From: the human T2T-CHM13v2.0 reference genome, Homo sapiens
Strand: one strand, 5' to 3'
Assembly (NCBI RefSeq): GCF_009914755.1
Contig: NC_060929.1
DNA length: 64,000 bases
Shown: piece by piece, positions 12,546 through 25,800 of the stretch
How positions within the stretch are numbered: position 1 is the first letter of the stretch
Layout of the letters: each line of letters begins with the position of its first letter
Notes under the pieces: generated by a model
Databases searched by the model: none
Told to the model about the DNA's origin: nothing
Seen by the model: only the letters and a program-made list of their open reading frames with translations
Program-made: the position numbers and the translations under genes

Positions 12546-13869
12546 TGAAATTTCACAATTGTTATTTTTGCAAAACTACATGAAGGAACTTGGTTAAAGC
12601 TGTTCTCCTGTAGCTCTAAGGCCATGTTACTTCTCTGATGTTTTGTATCTGTGCTGTAGGTAACTGACTTGCCAAAATTTGGATTATTGGGTAAACAAGA
12701 CATTATCTCACTTGGTCTTGTTGAATGACTGTATAAGTATAATTAACCCTGTTAATGGGAATGTAGACAAGCTAGTTTATCTTATGAGCATCACTGAACA
12801 AACTCTCCCAGTGGATTGAAGCTTTGGTTCTGACCGGTCTGGTAAGAAAAAAAATCAAAAATGGAATCTTTTTAAAGCAAGTGCCACTTCAAGCCCATAA
12901 CTCCACCATCTCCTTACTATCCCAGTTGAGGAAGTATATCTTACACTGATTTCTATTTTCATTTTTCAGGACCCTTTTCTGTACTACAAAAAAAGTTCTT
13001 ATTGTGTCTAAAATATAGTTTTTAGTCTAATGGAAAAAAATATTTTTACTTATAAATGAATTAAAATTGAAGGTGTTTTATGCCAACTAAGCCATCTCCT
13101 TATACATGTATATCTCTCTCTATATAGCTATATCTATATATAAATATATATATCTATATATCTATATAAAAGTTTTTCTACCTGACCATTCTGTTTACTA
13201 TGATCTTTCTACATATACTTTAAATGTATTATAAATCCTAAAACACATTGAAGAAACAACTGGAAAATCCAAACAATAATACAAAAAAAAATCATTAAAC
13301 TTTCCTCTGTTCAGATACCTTATGACTGAAATTTACATAGCACATTCTAAGAAAAAAGGAAACAACTAATTTATATTGTTCAATAAATGGGATCTTTGAA
13401 AGCATGAAACATTGCTTTTCATAGAAAAGTTACAAGACTGTAAACAATCTTTTTATAAATACTTTTATTCACCTTTCGTTTTTCAATTTGAAAGCATACA
13501 TTCCAGAATCATTGATGAAAAACCTTCTTAAACCATGGCTCTGCTTCTAAGAGTAGCACTTTCCAGCACTTTCCATTCACATCTGACTGAAGAAAGACCA
13601 GCCTCACTGCTTTAAATAAATATAAAGATCTGATGAAGTTGTACTAAGCAGAGGACCATGACATTGCTTCTCTTCTTTTGCAGTACCTCTTTCTGGTTCT
13701 TCTGAACTTGGAATTTCTCTTTAAAATGTCCCATTAATTCCTATTAGGGAGCTACTAGTAAAGAAAATTGCATGTTAGCTTTTATCAATCTGTATGAATA
13801 AATGTTAACCATTCTCAGTTAAAAGCCCTCCTTTTAGATCCACTCATGTGAAAACAGCTAGAGCAGCAT

Positions 13870-14130
13870 GCACATCAGCAAATCATTCAGAAGATTAATG
13901 CACTCGAGCCTGCACAAAGCCTCCGAGATGTGTATTAGCATTATAGATTTTAATTTGAAATAATGTCAGTCTTTTCCGGCCTGCATTGTAGTGCATGAGC
14001 TGCCATCTGCTTATAATAATGAGTCTGACAATCCACGTAAATGTGATTTGCTGCCTCTTTTGCCAATATAATGGCCGGGATATTGATCCTAATGGTAGAG
14101 CAGTTGCAGGCATTTCATTCAATAGAAACA
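13870..14130. promoter_or_regulatory. Candidate conserved non-coding element / enhancer
   Basis: Unique non-repeat segment dense in TAAT/ATTA cores with several retained CpGs in an A/T-rich background; conservation is inferred, not measured. Confidence 0.35.
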
Positions 14131-14414
14131 GGACAGGCACAAGAGCCAAGGTTTCTGAGGATTTGGCTAGAATGACAGTTAAAAACAAAAGTGCATTTCC
14201 CTACACTAGTGGCAACACTGTATACTCCCACAATGACAATTTTTATTTTTTCTCAGTGTTTCAGTACAGCTCAAAATGTAATCTACCAAATTAATGGGAG
14301 AAGAGACCAGCATAAAGATGCTAGGCTATCCTTACCCTTCCCTTCTTCACTGTCTTCTTTGAGATGGGAGTTGCCAAAGTAGGAGCTCAAAGAGCCATGT
14401 CCAGCCAAACCTTT

Positions 14415-14495
14415 GAGAGCACTGTCAAATACAGCAGTCACTAGCCACATGTGACTGCTTACATTTAAAGTAACTAAAATGAAGTGAAATTAAAA
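14415..14495. mobile_element. MER3/MER33-like hAT-Charlie fragment
   Basis: gcactgtcaaatacagcagtcactagccacatgtgactgcttacatttaaa. Confidence 0.6.
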
Positions 14496-14509
14496 CGAAT
14501 TCATGAGGA

Positions 14510-14717
14510 CTCAGCTATTTGGACATACATGTCCACAGTGGCGTTATTCACAAGTCAAATGGTGAAGCGGCCCAGTGACCATCCATGGATAAAGGGATAA
14601 ACAAAATGTGGTAGATACACACAGTTTAGTATTTCCAGCCTTAAAACAGAAGGAACTCTGGCACATGCTACAGCATGATGAACTTGAGGACGTTATGTTG
14701 AATGAAATAAGCCAGTC
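14510..14717 (+). mobile_element. L1M ORF2 3'-end fragment
   Basis: ggataaacaaaatgtggtagatacac...cagccttaaaacagaagga...gatgaacttgaggacgttatgttgaatgaaataagccagtc. Confidence 0.8.
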
Positions 14718-14779
14718 TTCAACCATTTATAACAAACTGTTTGTATTATGTGTTGCATATTGCATATTATATATGCTTT

Positions 14780-15072
14780 TAATTTTGTTTTTATTGATAT
14801 ACAATAGATGCATGTATTTTCAAGGTACATGTGATAACAATACATTCACACAATTTGCAAAGATCAAGTAAGTGTAATTGAGATATCTATTTCATATCCA
14901 TTACAAATACATTAAAAATTGTCTGTCTTTATGATAGAAACATTCAAATTATTTTCCTCTAGCTATTTTGAAATTCACAATAGATTATTGCAAACTCGTC
15001 ACCTACTGATCGATCAAATACTGGGCCTTATTTCTTCTGGCAATCAGACTGTACAGTTGTACCATTAACCCG
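14780..15072 (-). mobile_element. L1MA-type 3' UTR fragment
   Basis: T-rich tail then ggtacatgtgata...aacattcaaattattttcctctagctattttgaaat...gtcacctactgatcgatcaaatact...ttgtaccattaacc. Confidence 0.8.
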
Positions 15073-16763
15073 TATATCATATTTTATTGTATGACATACT
15101 ATTGGGTCTTCAGTACTTTTTTTACTTTCTCACATTATAAAATTTGTTCAGTAGTATGGGGCATAGGAAGAATCTCACATTTCTGAGTGCAGGTAAAACA
15201 TGCTGGGCTGGAGCCCTGGTCTCTGTTTCCACACATGTCAGATGTGAGATTCTCTTCCCATTTTACTGATCTAAACACTGAGTCTCAGCGATCAACTGTA
15301 CCTTCCCCAGGGTCATAAATATTGGCTAAGATTGAGCCCCGGGAGCTGCACTTGGGCTGCCTGAGCCTCCCTATAACTCCACCACATCCTTCCTGGGACC
15401 TCGCACAGGTGGTGTTGTCTCTGACCCAGATGGCACCGTGGCTACTTGACAGCCCCGAGCCACTTTGAACCACTGAGGTGGAGGCCCCTCATGTCTGCCA
15501 TGGGAAAAACACTAAGCAGGTTTTAGGAACTGCAGTTCAATGCCAGTTGGATGAGATTCCAAATTTGTCTGATTCCCAATTTTAAGCTTTCCACATGATA
15601 ATTCTGAAGATGTTATTTCTTTATGATTCCTTCATTCATTCCTCACCAGGAGCCTTAGGATAGAGATGAATTTTTTTATTTGTCTGCCCGTGGTACCTAA
15701 TTTAATGTTGGATGCTTAATCACTATTCAGTAAATACTTCCTGAAGAAGTGATTGCAGAGGTAGTGATCCCTTCGAGCACTGGGCCCTCTGCTTTAGTCA
15801 CGGGGTTGGTCATCACTTACCTGGCAGGAGGAAGACTCTGAGGTTCTCCTTTTACCCTCTCAAAAATTCCTCAGTATAAAGAGGAGACTGCAGCCACACC
15901 CTTGTATAAATTATATGTTCACTGTTTATTTTTTGTTTACCAAGGTGATTTCCTTATCCTTTATTCCAAATGTATTTTTAAATTTTGTAGCAATTTAACA
16001 GTGGCAATAAAATATATAAAACTGTGTAACTTGTATATGTTGAATGAGTCTCTTCTATGATAAATAGGTTCTCTGAACCATGCACATATTCTTGTACCAG
16101 TAGATTCACTATTCTGTGTCATTCGTCCCTGAACTTCCTAGTGAAACTGATGAAACCAAGTTCTATAAATACTTTATCTCAACATTGCATAATTCATTGA
16201 TGCAATTCAACACTTTTAAATTAATTAACCCCGTGTTAGGCTTAATTCAGCTTCTCTTGTGATTACCAAAAATTGTAATACCACTTGTGTATTTCTCCAT
16301 TTTGAAATAAAATAAAGAGCTGGAGCTATCCCATTGTACTGACCCTTTTGAAATTTGAAGGTCATCTGTCTTATAACAGACTAGCTTGAGAAGTAGACAA
16401 GCATTGAGTACCTTATCCACAGATACAAAATTATTAAACTATCATTTTGCAAAGGTACTTTACACATAAATGCTTTATTTTACTTTTTCTCTATTATAAT
16501 TTTAAAAACACAAATTAATGCAAAATGTTCCATCTTCAATATGGTTTGGTTCTTTGGGGAGAAATGTTATAATTTCTTCCAATAATTTGAAGTTAAGGAT
16601 ATTCATAATTTTTAAATTTATTTTATTTATATCCATCTATGAAATTATTACTAATGTTTCTAACATCTTCCTATTAAGTTTCTTGAATTTCTTCTACTTC
16701 CTCATGTATACATGGTATTCTGATGAGCACCCTACTCATCAAATTGTCTGTTAAGAAGGCTGG

Positions 16764-17523
16764 AGTCTTTTGGTGGAATCTTTAAGGTTTTCTAGGTGTA
16801 GAATCATATCATCAATAAAGAGTGATAGCTTGATTCTTCTTTTCTTGTTTGAATACCTTTTATTTCTTTCTCTTACCTGACTGTTCTAGCTAAGACTTCC
16901 AAAACTATGTTGAATACGAGTGGTGAGAGTGTACAGCTTTGTCTTGTTCCAGTTCCCAAGGGGAATGCTTTCACCTTTTTTATTTTTCATTCAGTGTGAT
17001 GTTGGCTGTAGATTTGTCATAGATGACTCTTATTATTTTGAGGTATGTTATTTTGATGCCTAGTTTGTTGAGAGTTTTATCATGAAGGAATGTTGGATTT
17101 TATCAAAAGCTTTTTCTGCATCTATTGAGATGATCAGGTAATTTGTATTTTTAATTCTGTTTATGTTGTGAATCACAATTATTTACTTGTATATGTTGAA
17201 CCAACCTTGCATTCCAGGGATAAGCTGACTTAATCATGGTGAATTATTTTTTTCTATGCTGCTGGATTTGGTTTGCTAGTATTTTTTTGAGGATTTTTGC
17301 ATCTATGTTCATCAATGATTTTGGCCTAAAGTTTTCATTTTTGTTGTCTCTCCGCCACATTTTTCTATCAGGATGATAATGGCTTCATAGAATGAGTTAG
17401 AGAGGAATCCCTCCTCCTCAAATTTTTGGAATAGTTTAAGTAGAACTTGTACCAGTTCTTTTTTGTATGTCTGATAGAGCTTGGCTGTGAATCCATCTGG
17501 TCCAGGGGTTTTCTTTTTGATTG
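16764..17523 (-). mobile_element. Inverted 5' segment of an L1 (ORF2 RT domain)
   Basis: Reverse strand translates to [44 protein letters not shown]... and ends LSLFIDDMILHLENLKDSTKRL (FADD motif equivalent). Confidence 0.95.
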
Positions 17524-18730
17524 CTATTGAATAAATGGTTCTGGAATAACTGGCTAGTCATATGCAGCAAAAATTAACTCAATATGGGTTAAAGACTTAA
17601 ATAGAAAACTTCAAAGTATAAAAATCTTCAAAGAAAATTTAGAAAATAGCCTTTTGATATTAGCCTTGGTGAATAATTTATAGGTAAATCATCAAAAGCA
17701 ATTACAAGAAAAACTAAAATTGACAAGTGGGAATGAATTAAACTAAAGGACATCTGCACAGCAAAAGAAACTATCAAGGGAATGAACAGACAACCTACAG
17801 AATGTGAGAAAATATTTGCAAACTATGCATCCAGCAAAGTTCCAATATCCGGAATCTATCAGAAACTTAAATCAACAAGCAAAAAAACCAAACCACCCCA
17901 TTAAAAGGTGGGCCAAGATACCGAACAGACACTTCTCAGAAGAAGGCATACAAATGGCTCACAAAAATATGAAAAAAAATTATTGTCATCATTAATTGTC
18001 AGAAAAATGGAAATTAGAACCACAATGGATACCATCTCACACAAGTCAGAATGGCTTTTGTTAAAAAGTCAAAACATTACGGATGTTGGTGAGGTTACAG
18101 AGAAAAAGGAGTGCTTACACACTGTTGATAGAAATATAAATTAGTCCAGCCAATATGGAGAACAGTTGGAGATTTCTCAAAGATCTAAGATCTTTGACTT
18201 AGCAATCCATTACTAAATATATACCAAAGGAAAATAAATTGTTCTACCAAAAAGACACATGCACCGATATGTTCATTGTAGCACTGTTTACAACAGCAAA
18301 GACATGGAATCAACCTAGGTGCCCATCAATGGTGAATTGGATAAACAAATTGTGGTACATGTACACCATGGAATACAATGCAGCCATGAAAAAGAATGAA
18401 ATCATGCCATTTGCAGCAATATGGATGCAGCTGGAAGCCATTATCCTAAGCAAAATAACGCAGAAACAGAAAACTGAATATGTCATGTTCTCACAAGTAG
18501 GAACTAAACACTGGGTACACATGAACATAAAGATAGAAACAACAGACATGGGGGACTACCAGGACAGGCAAACAAGGATGAGAGGAGGGCTGAAAACTAC
18601 CTATTGGTTCTGTGATCACTACCTGGGTGACAGGTTCAATCATACCCCAAACCTCAGCATTATGCAATATACCTTTTTAACAAATTTGTACATATACGTT
18701 CTGATTCTGAAACACAATCGAGAAATTTTT
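17524..18730 (+). mobile_element. Sense 3' segment of the same L1 (L1PB/L1PA17-age): ORF2 C-terminus plus 3' UTR
   Basis: Starts in LFNKWCWENWLAIC-like coding text; ORF 18239-18760 gives KDTCTDMFIVALFTTAKTWNQPRCPS...MQLEAIILSK; 3' UTR gaaaactacctattgg...ccccaaacctcagcattatgcaatatacc. Confidence 0.95.
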
Positions 18731-20000
18731 AAAAAGCCTGGTGAAAATTTATCTTTATAAAAAAAGTGCATTTGCCTTGATTTCATTTGATACTGCATTC
18801 ATTGCAACTAATGCAATTAATAAAAGTGATCCAACCAGGATTGAGCATCTTTTAAATTCTAGACAGTGAATTATAGAGTAAATCAAAATATACAGACACA
18901 TAAAACAAAGCAACTTTTTTCAAGACATCCATAGTGTAGTGTTGGAGACACACATGTGAACATAAAATTCAAGTGAACTACATACATCTCAGGAGGAAAT
19001 GAGCAGGAGGCTCTGGGAGCTGAATGAGCAAAGGCTTGCTGAGGGCAGGCAGTTTCTTCATGGCAGAGCAGGAGCTGGAGGTGGGGAGAGCAGCCAGAGA
19101 TGTCCATACCTTCTAAGCACGGAGTCTTGGAAAATGAAAGCTGTATAAGCAGTTATAAGAAATGCAATCTGGCTGGAGATTTGGCTCTGAAATGTGGATG
19201 TTGGGAGACAAAGAGGATGTGTTGTTTGTTTGTTTTTATACTCAGATCCTAAATACAGGGGACAGAGCAGGCTCCTGCGTAGATAGGTTGTCTGGCATTT
19301 CTGGTGTCATTGCTTGAAAATACCCAGTAGGAACTTGAAAACGTGCATCTGGGCCTTCTAGAAACAGTACTAGCAGATGTAGCAACTTGCTGTCTCCAAC
19401 AGGTACAGAGTCCTGGGGGAGGATGAGGTGTGGGGTGGCAAGGAGGACAAGAAATGAGGGAGATGTTAGGGGGACTAAGACCCAGAAGAAATCATCAGTG
19501 AAGCAGAGGGACATGCAGGTTCAGTGTGCATGGAGATTAGGCAGGAAAGATGCTTGCCACATGCTGAGTGGTCAACGTTGTGGAAGCTGAAGATTAGTCA
19601 GGAGCATGAAGAGTTAGTGTAAGCTCTGATTTTTATGAGAAACTGGGACACAAAGGCTGACCTTAGATGACCAGGGAAATGCACCTGCTGTGGGCCCCTC
19701 AGAAGGAGTGGTCTGAGACTAAAGAAGTGGAAGAGCCAGGTTACGCACTCATCTTCTCTATGTGAGAGTTGCATACGAGACGTTGTCTGCCCGTCACTTC
19801 AGAGTTTACTCAGTCTCTCTCCTATTTCAATGTCTTCTTTCACTTTCAGTTAGGTAATCAATTCTACTCTAAGAATATATAATAAAGTTTCTTTTTCCAG
19901 AATCAAATAATATCATCTCAATATACATTGCAAATTGCATGGATCCTTCCATTCTACACAGATTTGATAGAAATTCTTCCCTATTAAGTGATTTCCATGG

Positions 20001-20358
20001 TGTATTTGTCCATTTTCATGCTGCTGATAAAGACATACTTGAGACTGGGCAATTTATAAAAGAAAGAAATTTAATTGGACTTACAGTTCCACATGGCTGG
20101 GGAAGCCTCACAATCATGGAGGAAGGCAATGAGGAGCAAGTAAGGTCTTACATGGATGGCATCAGGTTAAAATGAGAAAGCCTGTTCAGGGGAACTCCTC
20201 TTTTCACAATCATCATATCTTGTGAGACTTATTCACTATCACGAGAACAGCATGGGAAAGACTTGCCCCCATGATTCAATTACCTCCCACTGGGTCCCAC
20301 CCACAACACGTGGGAATTCAAGATGAGATTTGGGTGAGGACACAGTCAAATCATTTCA
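20001..20358 (-). mobile_element. THE1 solo LTR (THE1A/B-like)
   Basis: tgtatttgtccattttcatgctgctgataaagacata ... gatgagatttgggtgaggacacagtcaaatcatttca; perfect TSD catgg (19996-20000, 20359-20363). Confidence 0.95.
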
Positions 20359-20384
20359 CATGGCTTCATCTGCGTAACTTTCAT

Positions 20385-20540
20385 GGCTCTGTGACCTTGT
20401 GTTTGGTATTCAGTCTATCTAAAACATGGTTTTCTCACTGGGAAACTAACAATAAGAATGCCTACTTTGCAAGACTGTTGCAAGGATTACTTGGGGTCAT
20501 ACGGGCAGAGTGTTTGGCACCTCGCTGACAAGTAGTGGTT
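20385..20540 (+). mobile_element. MIR fragment
   Basis: gctctgtgaccttg...ggttttctcactgggaaac...aatgcctactttgcaagactgttgcaaggatta...agtgtttggcac. Confidence 0.55.
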
Positions 20541-20879
20541 GGATAAACCAGAACAGTGACTGCCCACATTCCAGGTGTCTCCTCCATCTTCCCTGTCCCT
20601 GCACATAAAGTGTGAGCCATGCAAGTGCTGACACTGCATCCCCGTTAAGTAGAAGTGACTGTGGGAGTAGAACTCTGGAAGCAGCAAGTTGAGGAAGATG
20701 AAGAGCCCAGAGCAGCTCAGCCTCCTGGGCACCAACCATGATTTGGAGCAATGGAGGTACAGTGGGAAAGATGGTGGTCCCTGGGTTTTTGATGCTGAGT
20801 GAAGCAACATATCTCAATTTCTTAGGAAAGAAACAGGCAGCCAATGTTGGTTCTATCTGATATGACACAGTCATGTATG

Positions 20880-21330
20880 TATTTTAAGAAAGTTGGGAAA
20901 GTTAATTGCCCAAATGTGTGCAGGATGGAGGAGAACAAGGAGAGACCTCAGTCAGGAATGTTACTAGGAAGCGATTTCCATGGCCAGGGAGGGAGGCCCC
21001 AGGGTTGCCGTGAGATAGGCCGGAAACAATGCAGGGCTGGATCAATGTGGGGGACTTTGGGAGAGGAGGAGGAAGGGGAGTCAAGGATGCCCACAAGGTT
21101 TTGAGCACGTGTATCTGGAAGGTTAATATGTTATATCAGAAATAAAGAATATAGAAAGGAAAGACATGAAGGAAAGGAGACTATGAATTTAGAAAGGCCA
21201 TACAAGGACCCACAGTCAAGATGCCTAGCAGGCATTTGGAAAAGCAGGTCTCAGCCTGGAAGACAAACACAGAATCTGGGATTAGGTGCACAGGGACCTT
21301 CAATGTGATTAAATTGGTTGAGAAAAGCAA
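20880..21330 (-). mobile_element. Degenerate L2 fragment
   Basis: Purine-rich text with gaggaaggggagtcaaggatgcccacaaggttttgagc and gatgcctagcaggcatttggaaaagcaggtctc. Confidence 0.5.
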
Positions 21331-22772
21331 TTGAGTGAAAACAAACAAACAAACAAGTCAAATCCTAAAGGCCACAAATACAAGCTTGAAAGGAACATTT
21401 AGAAAATACGCTGTGAATTAGGGACAGAGTGATGTTCAAACTCATATGCTCTAACTGTGAAGAGAGTGTCTGTCCAGGAGCAGAAGAGACCAAGGCAGCC
21501 CATCTGCAGGGAGCAGAGGGGCACCAGCCCACCCGTCCGTGAAGCCACAAGGGAGCTGCTGCTTCAAGGGTTGCATGCCAAAGACCCAGGCCAGGTGTCT
21601 GCATGCCCTAGGACCTCATCGAAGCACAGTGACACTGTCTGAGGAGAACTGGGATACTCCAGGCCCTGGATTTGCAAAAGGGTGTGAGGTTTCTAGGTAC
21701 TGAGACAGGGAGATGGATAAGAAGGTGAAACATCTGTTTGATGTTGGACTGAAAAATGAGAATGGACTTCATCCTGCTGGCAAAAGGAAGGCAACAGAAA
21801 CTTGCAGGCAGGTTGATGGGAGCACAGCTTGGTTGGCCCAGGTCAGTCAGCGGGGATGAGAAAGTGGAAGTAGCAAGGCTGGTCAATTTTCTGTGCAAAT
21901 GCTCCCTACTGCTCCCCTCAGGCACTCCTGCTGCTCTGCCTGGGGAATGCTGGCACTCTTCACTGGGCTAAGAACCAGGTGAGAGGCCAGGGTGGTGGAG
22001 GTGGGGCTGTCCATCAGGACCCAGTGCACAGAACATGTGGGCGACAGACAGAACTGCCCCTCATCCCCTGACCCCCACCGGGGAACCCTCATGGACAGTC
22101 AGGGAGCTGGATGGAGGAGCTTGCTCTTCCCCAAATCCGGGGCCTCTATTTGAAGATATTTATTTTTGTTTAACCTTATTTTTTAACTTTTTGGTCTCTT
22201 CTCATCCCAGGGATTTGCCTACTTGCTGCCTGTGAGTCAGCAGCAGGATGTATTGTGAGTTTTTGTTAGGGGTGGATGGAAACCTGGGAAGAAACAATTT
22301 TAAAAGGTATTATCCTGACATAGAAGGTTTCCAGTTTTTAAAGTGATTTTCCAATCAAGGTCAAAGTTTTGCTGTACTTCTGTCTCCAAGAAAATGTTTC
22401 CTCATTGAATGAGCTTTGAAAACCATGAACATGTAACATAAACTCGGTTCCCATCAACCAGAGCTCCACATTTGCAATCCAGGAAGTCTGCATGATACTA
22501 AGGTGATGTGCATCTACACTGGAAATGAGAAGCAAGTCCCCAAGTCACCCACAGGCTTCTGTGTTCACTCCCACTCAGGACTCTGCTACACTGTGGAGCC
22601 GGCCTCTGCAGGGGTTTCCAAGGCAGCAAAAACAAAAACCAAGACAAAACAAACAAAAAAAACAGCCTCTAAGGTAGAAAGAGATTCATTGCTATCAAAT
22701 GTAACGCCAGGCCAAAGATGGTGATTAAGTCCTTACCATTAAAAATAGTATTAAAATAAATCCAAGCCCTTA

Positions 22773-22775
<3 letters not shown>

Positions 22776-22819
<44 letters not shown>

Positions 22820-25800
22820 ATATATATATACTTTATATATATACTGTATACATATTTATATATATACTTTATATGTATATACTGTATATATATAATTTAT
22901 ATGTATATACTGTATATATATACTTTATATGTATATACTGTATATATATACTTTATATGTATATACTGTATATATATACTTTATATGTATATACTGTATA
23001 TATATACTTTATATGTATATACTGTATATATATACTTTATATGTATATACTGTATATATATACTTTATATGTATATACTGTATATATATACTTTATATGT
23101 ATATACTGTATATATATATACTTTATATGTATATACTTTATATGTACATACTGTATATGTATATACTTTATATGTATATAGTGTATATATATTTATATAT
23201 ACTTTATATGTATACATATTTATATATTTATATATATTTATATTTATTTATATATATTTATATATATTTATATATATATTTATATATCTTTATATATATC
23301 TTTATATCTATATTTATATATATTATCTATATTTATCTATATTTATCTATATTTATATATATTTATATATATTTATATGTATATTTATATATATTTATAT
23401 ATATTTATATGTATATTTATATATATTTATATATATTTATATGTATTTATATATATTTATATATATTTTTATATATATTTATATATATTTTTATATATAT
23501 TTATATATATTTATATATATTTATATATTTATATATATTTATATATATATTTATATATATTTATATATATATATTTATATATTTATATATATTTATATAT
23601 ATTTATATATATTTATATATATATTTATATATATTTATATATATTTATATATATATTTATATATATTATATATATTTATATATATATTTATATATATTTA
23701 TATATATTTATATATATATTTATATATTTATATATTTATATATATATTTATATGTATTTATATATTTATATATATATTTATATATATTTATATATTTATA
23801 TATTTATATATATATATTTATATATATTTATATATTTATATATATATTTATATATATTTATATATTTATATATTTATATATATTTATATATATTTATATA
23901 TTTATATATTTATATATATTTATATATATTTATATATTTATATATTTATATATATATTTACATATATTTATATATTTATATAATTATATATATATTTATA
24001 TATATTTATATATTTATATATATATTTATATATATTTATATATTTATATATATATTTATATATATATTTATATATTTATATATATTTATATATATATTTA
24101 TATATATATTTATATATTTATATATATATTTATATATATATTTATATATTTTTTCATATTTATATATTTATATATATATTTATATATATATTTATATATA
24201 TTTATATATATATTTATATATTTATATATATATTTATATATATTTATATATTTATATATTTATATATATTTATATATATTTATATATTTATATATTTATA
24301 TATATATTTATATATATTTATATATTTATATAATTATATATATATTTATATATATTTATATATTTATATATATATTTATATATATTTATATATTTATATA
24401 TATATTTATATATATATTTATATATTTATATATATTTATATATATATTTATATATATATTTATATATTTATATATATATTTATATATATATTTATATATT
24501 TTTTCATATTTATATATTTATATATATATTTATATATATATTTATATATATATTTATATATATTTATATATATATTTATATATATTTATATATATATTTA
24601 TATATATTTATATATTTATATATATTTATATATATATTTATATATTTATATATATTTATATATATATTTATATATTTATATATATTTATATATATATTTA
24701 TATATTTGTATATATTTATATATATATTTATATATTTGTATATATTTATATATTTATATATTTATATATATTTATATATATATTTATATATTTATATATA
24801 TTTATATATTTATATATTTATATATATTTATATATTTATATATTTATATATATTTATATATTTTTATATATTTATACATATTTATATATATAAATATATT
24901 TATATATATTTATACATATTTATATATATAAATATATTTATATATATTTATACATATTTATATATATAAATATATTTATATATATTTATACATATTTATA
25001 TATATAAATATATTTATATATATTTATACATATTTATATATATAAATATATTTATATATATTTATACATATTTATATATATAAATATATTTATATATATT
25101 TATACATATTTATATATATAAATATATTTATATATATTTATACATATTTATATATATAAATATATTTATATATATTTATACATATTTATATAGAAATATA
25201 TTTATATATATTTATACATATTTATATAGAAATATATTTATATATATTTATACATATTTATATAGAAATATATTTATATATTTTTATACATATTTATATA
25301 GAAATATATTTATATATTTTTATACATATTTATATAGAAATATATTTATATATTTTTATACATATTTATATAGAAATATATTTATATATTTTTATACATA
25401 TTTATATAGAAATATATTTATATATATTTATACATATTTATATAGAAATATATTTATATATATTTATACATATTTATATAGAAATATATTTATATATATT
25501 TATACATATTTATATAGAAATATATTTATATATATTTATACATATTTATATAGAAATATATTTATATATTTATACATATTTATATAGAAATATATTTATA
25601 TATTTATACATATTTATATAGAAATATATTTATATATATTTATACATATTTATATAGAAATATATTTATATATATTTATACATATTTATATAGAAATATA
25701 TTTATATATGTTTATACATATTTATATAGAAATATATTTATATATGTTTATACATATTTATATAGAAATATATTTATATATGTTTATACATATTTATATA

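Noticed and set aside
15815-15850. U1 snRNA pseudogene
   Set aside because: Identity limited to 14 nt, with no further U1 body, A-tail or TSD; equally explained as a consensus splice donor.
18239-18760. 173-aa ORF
   Set aside because: Decayed L1 ORF2 C-terminus reading through into the 3' UTR of a truncated, rearranged element.
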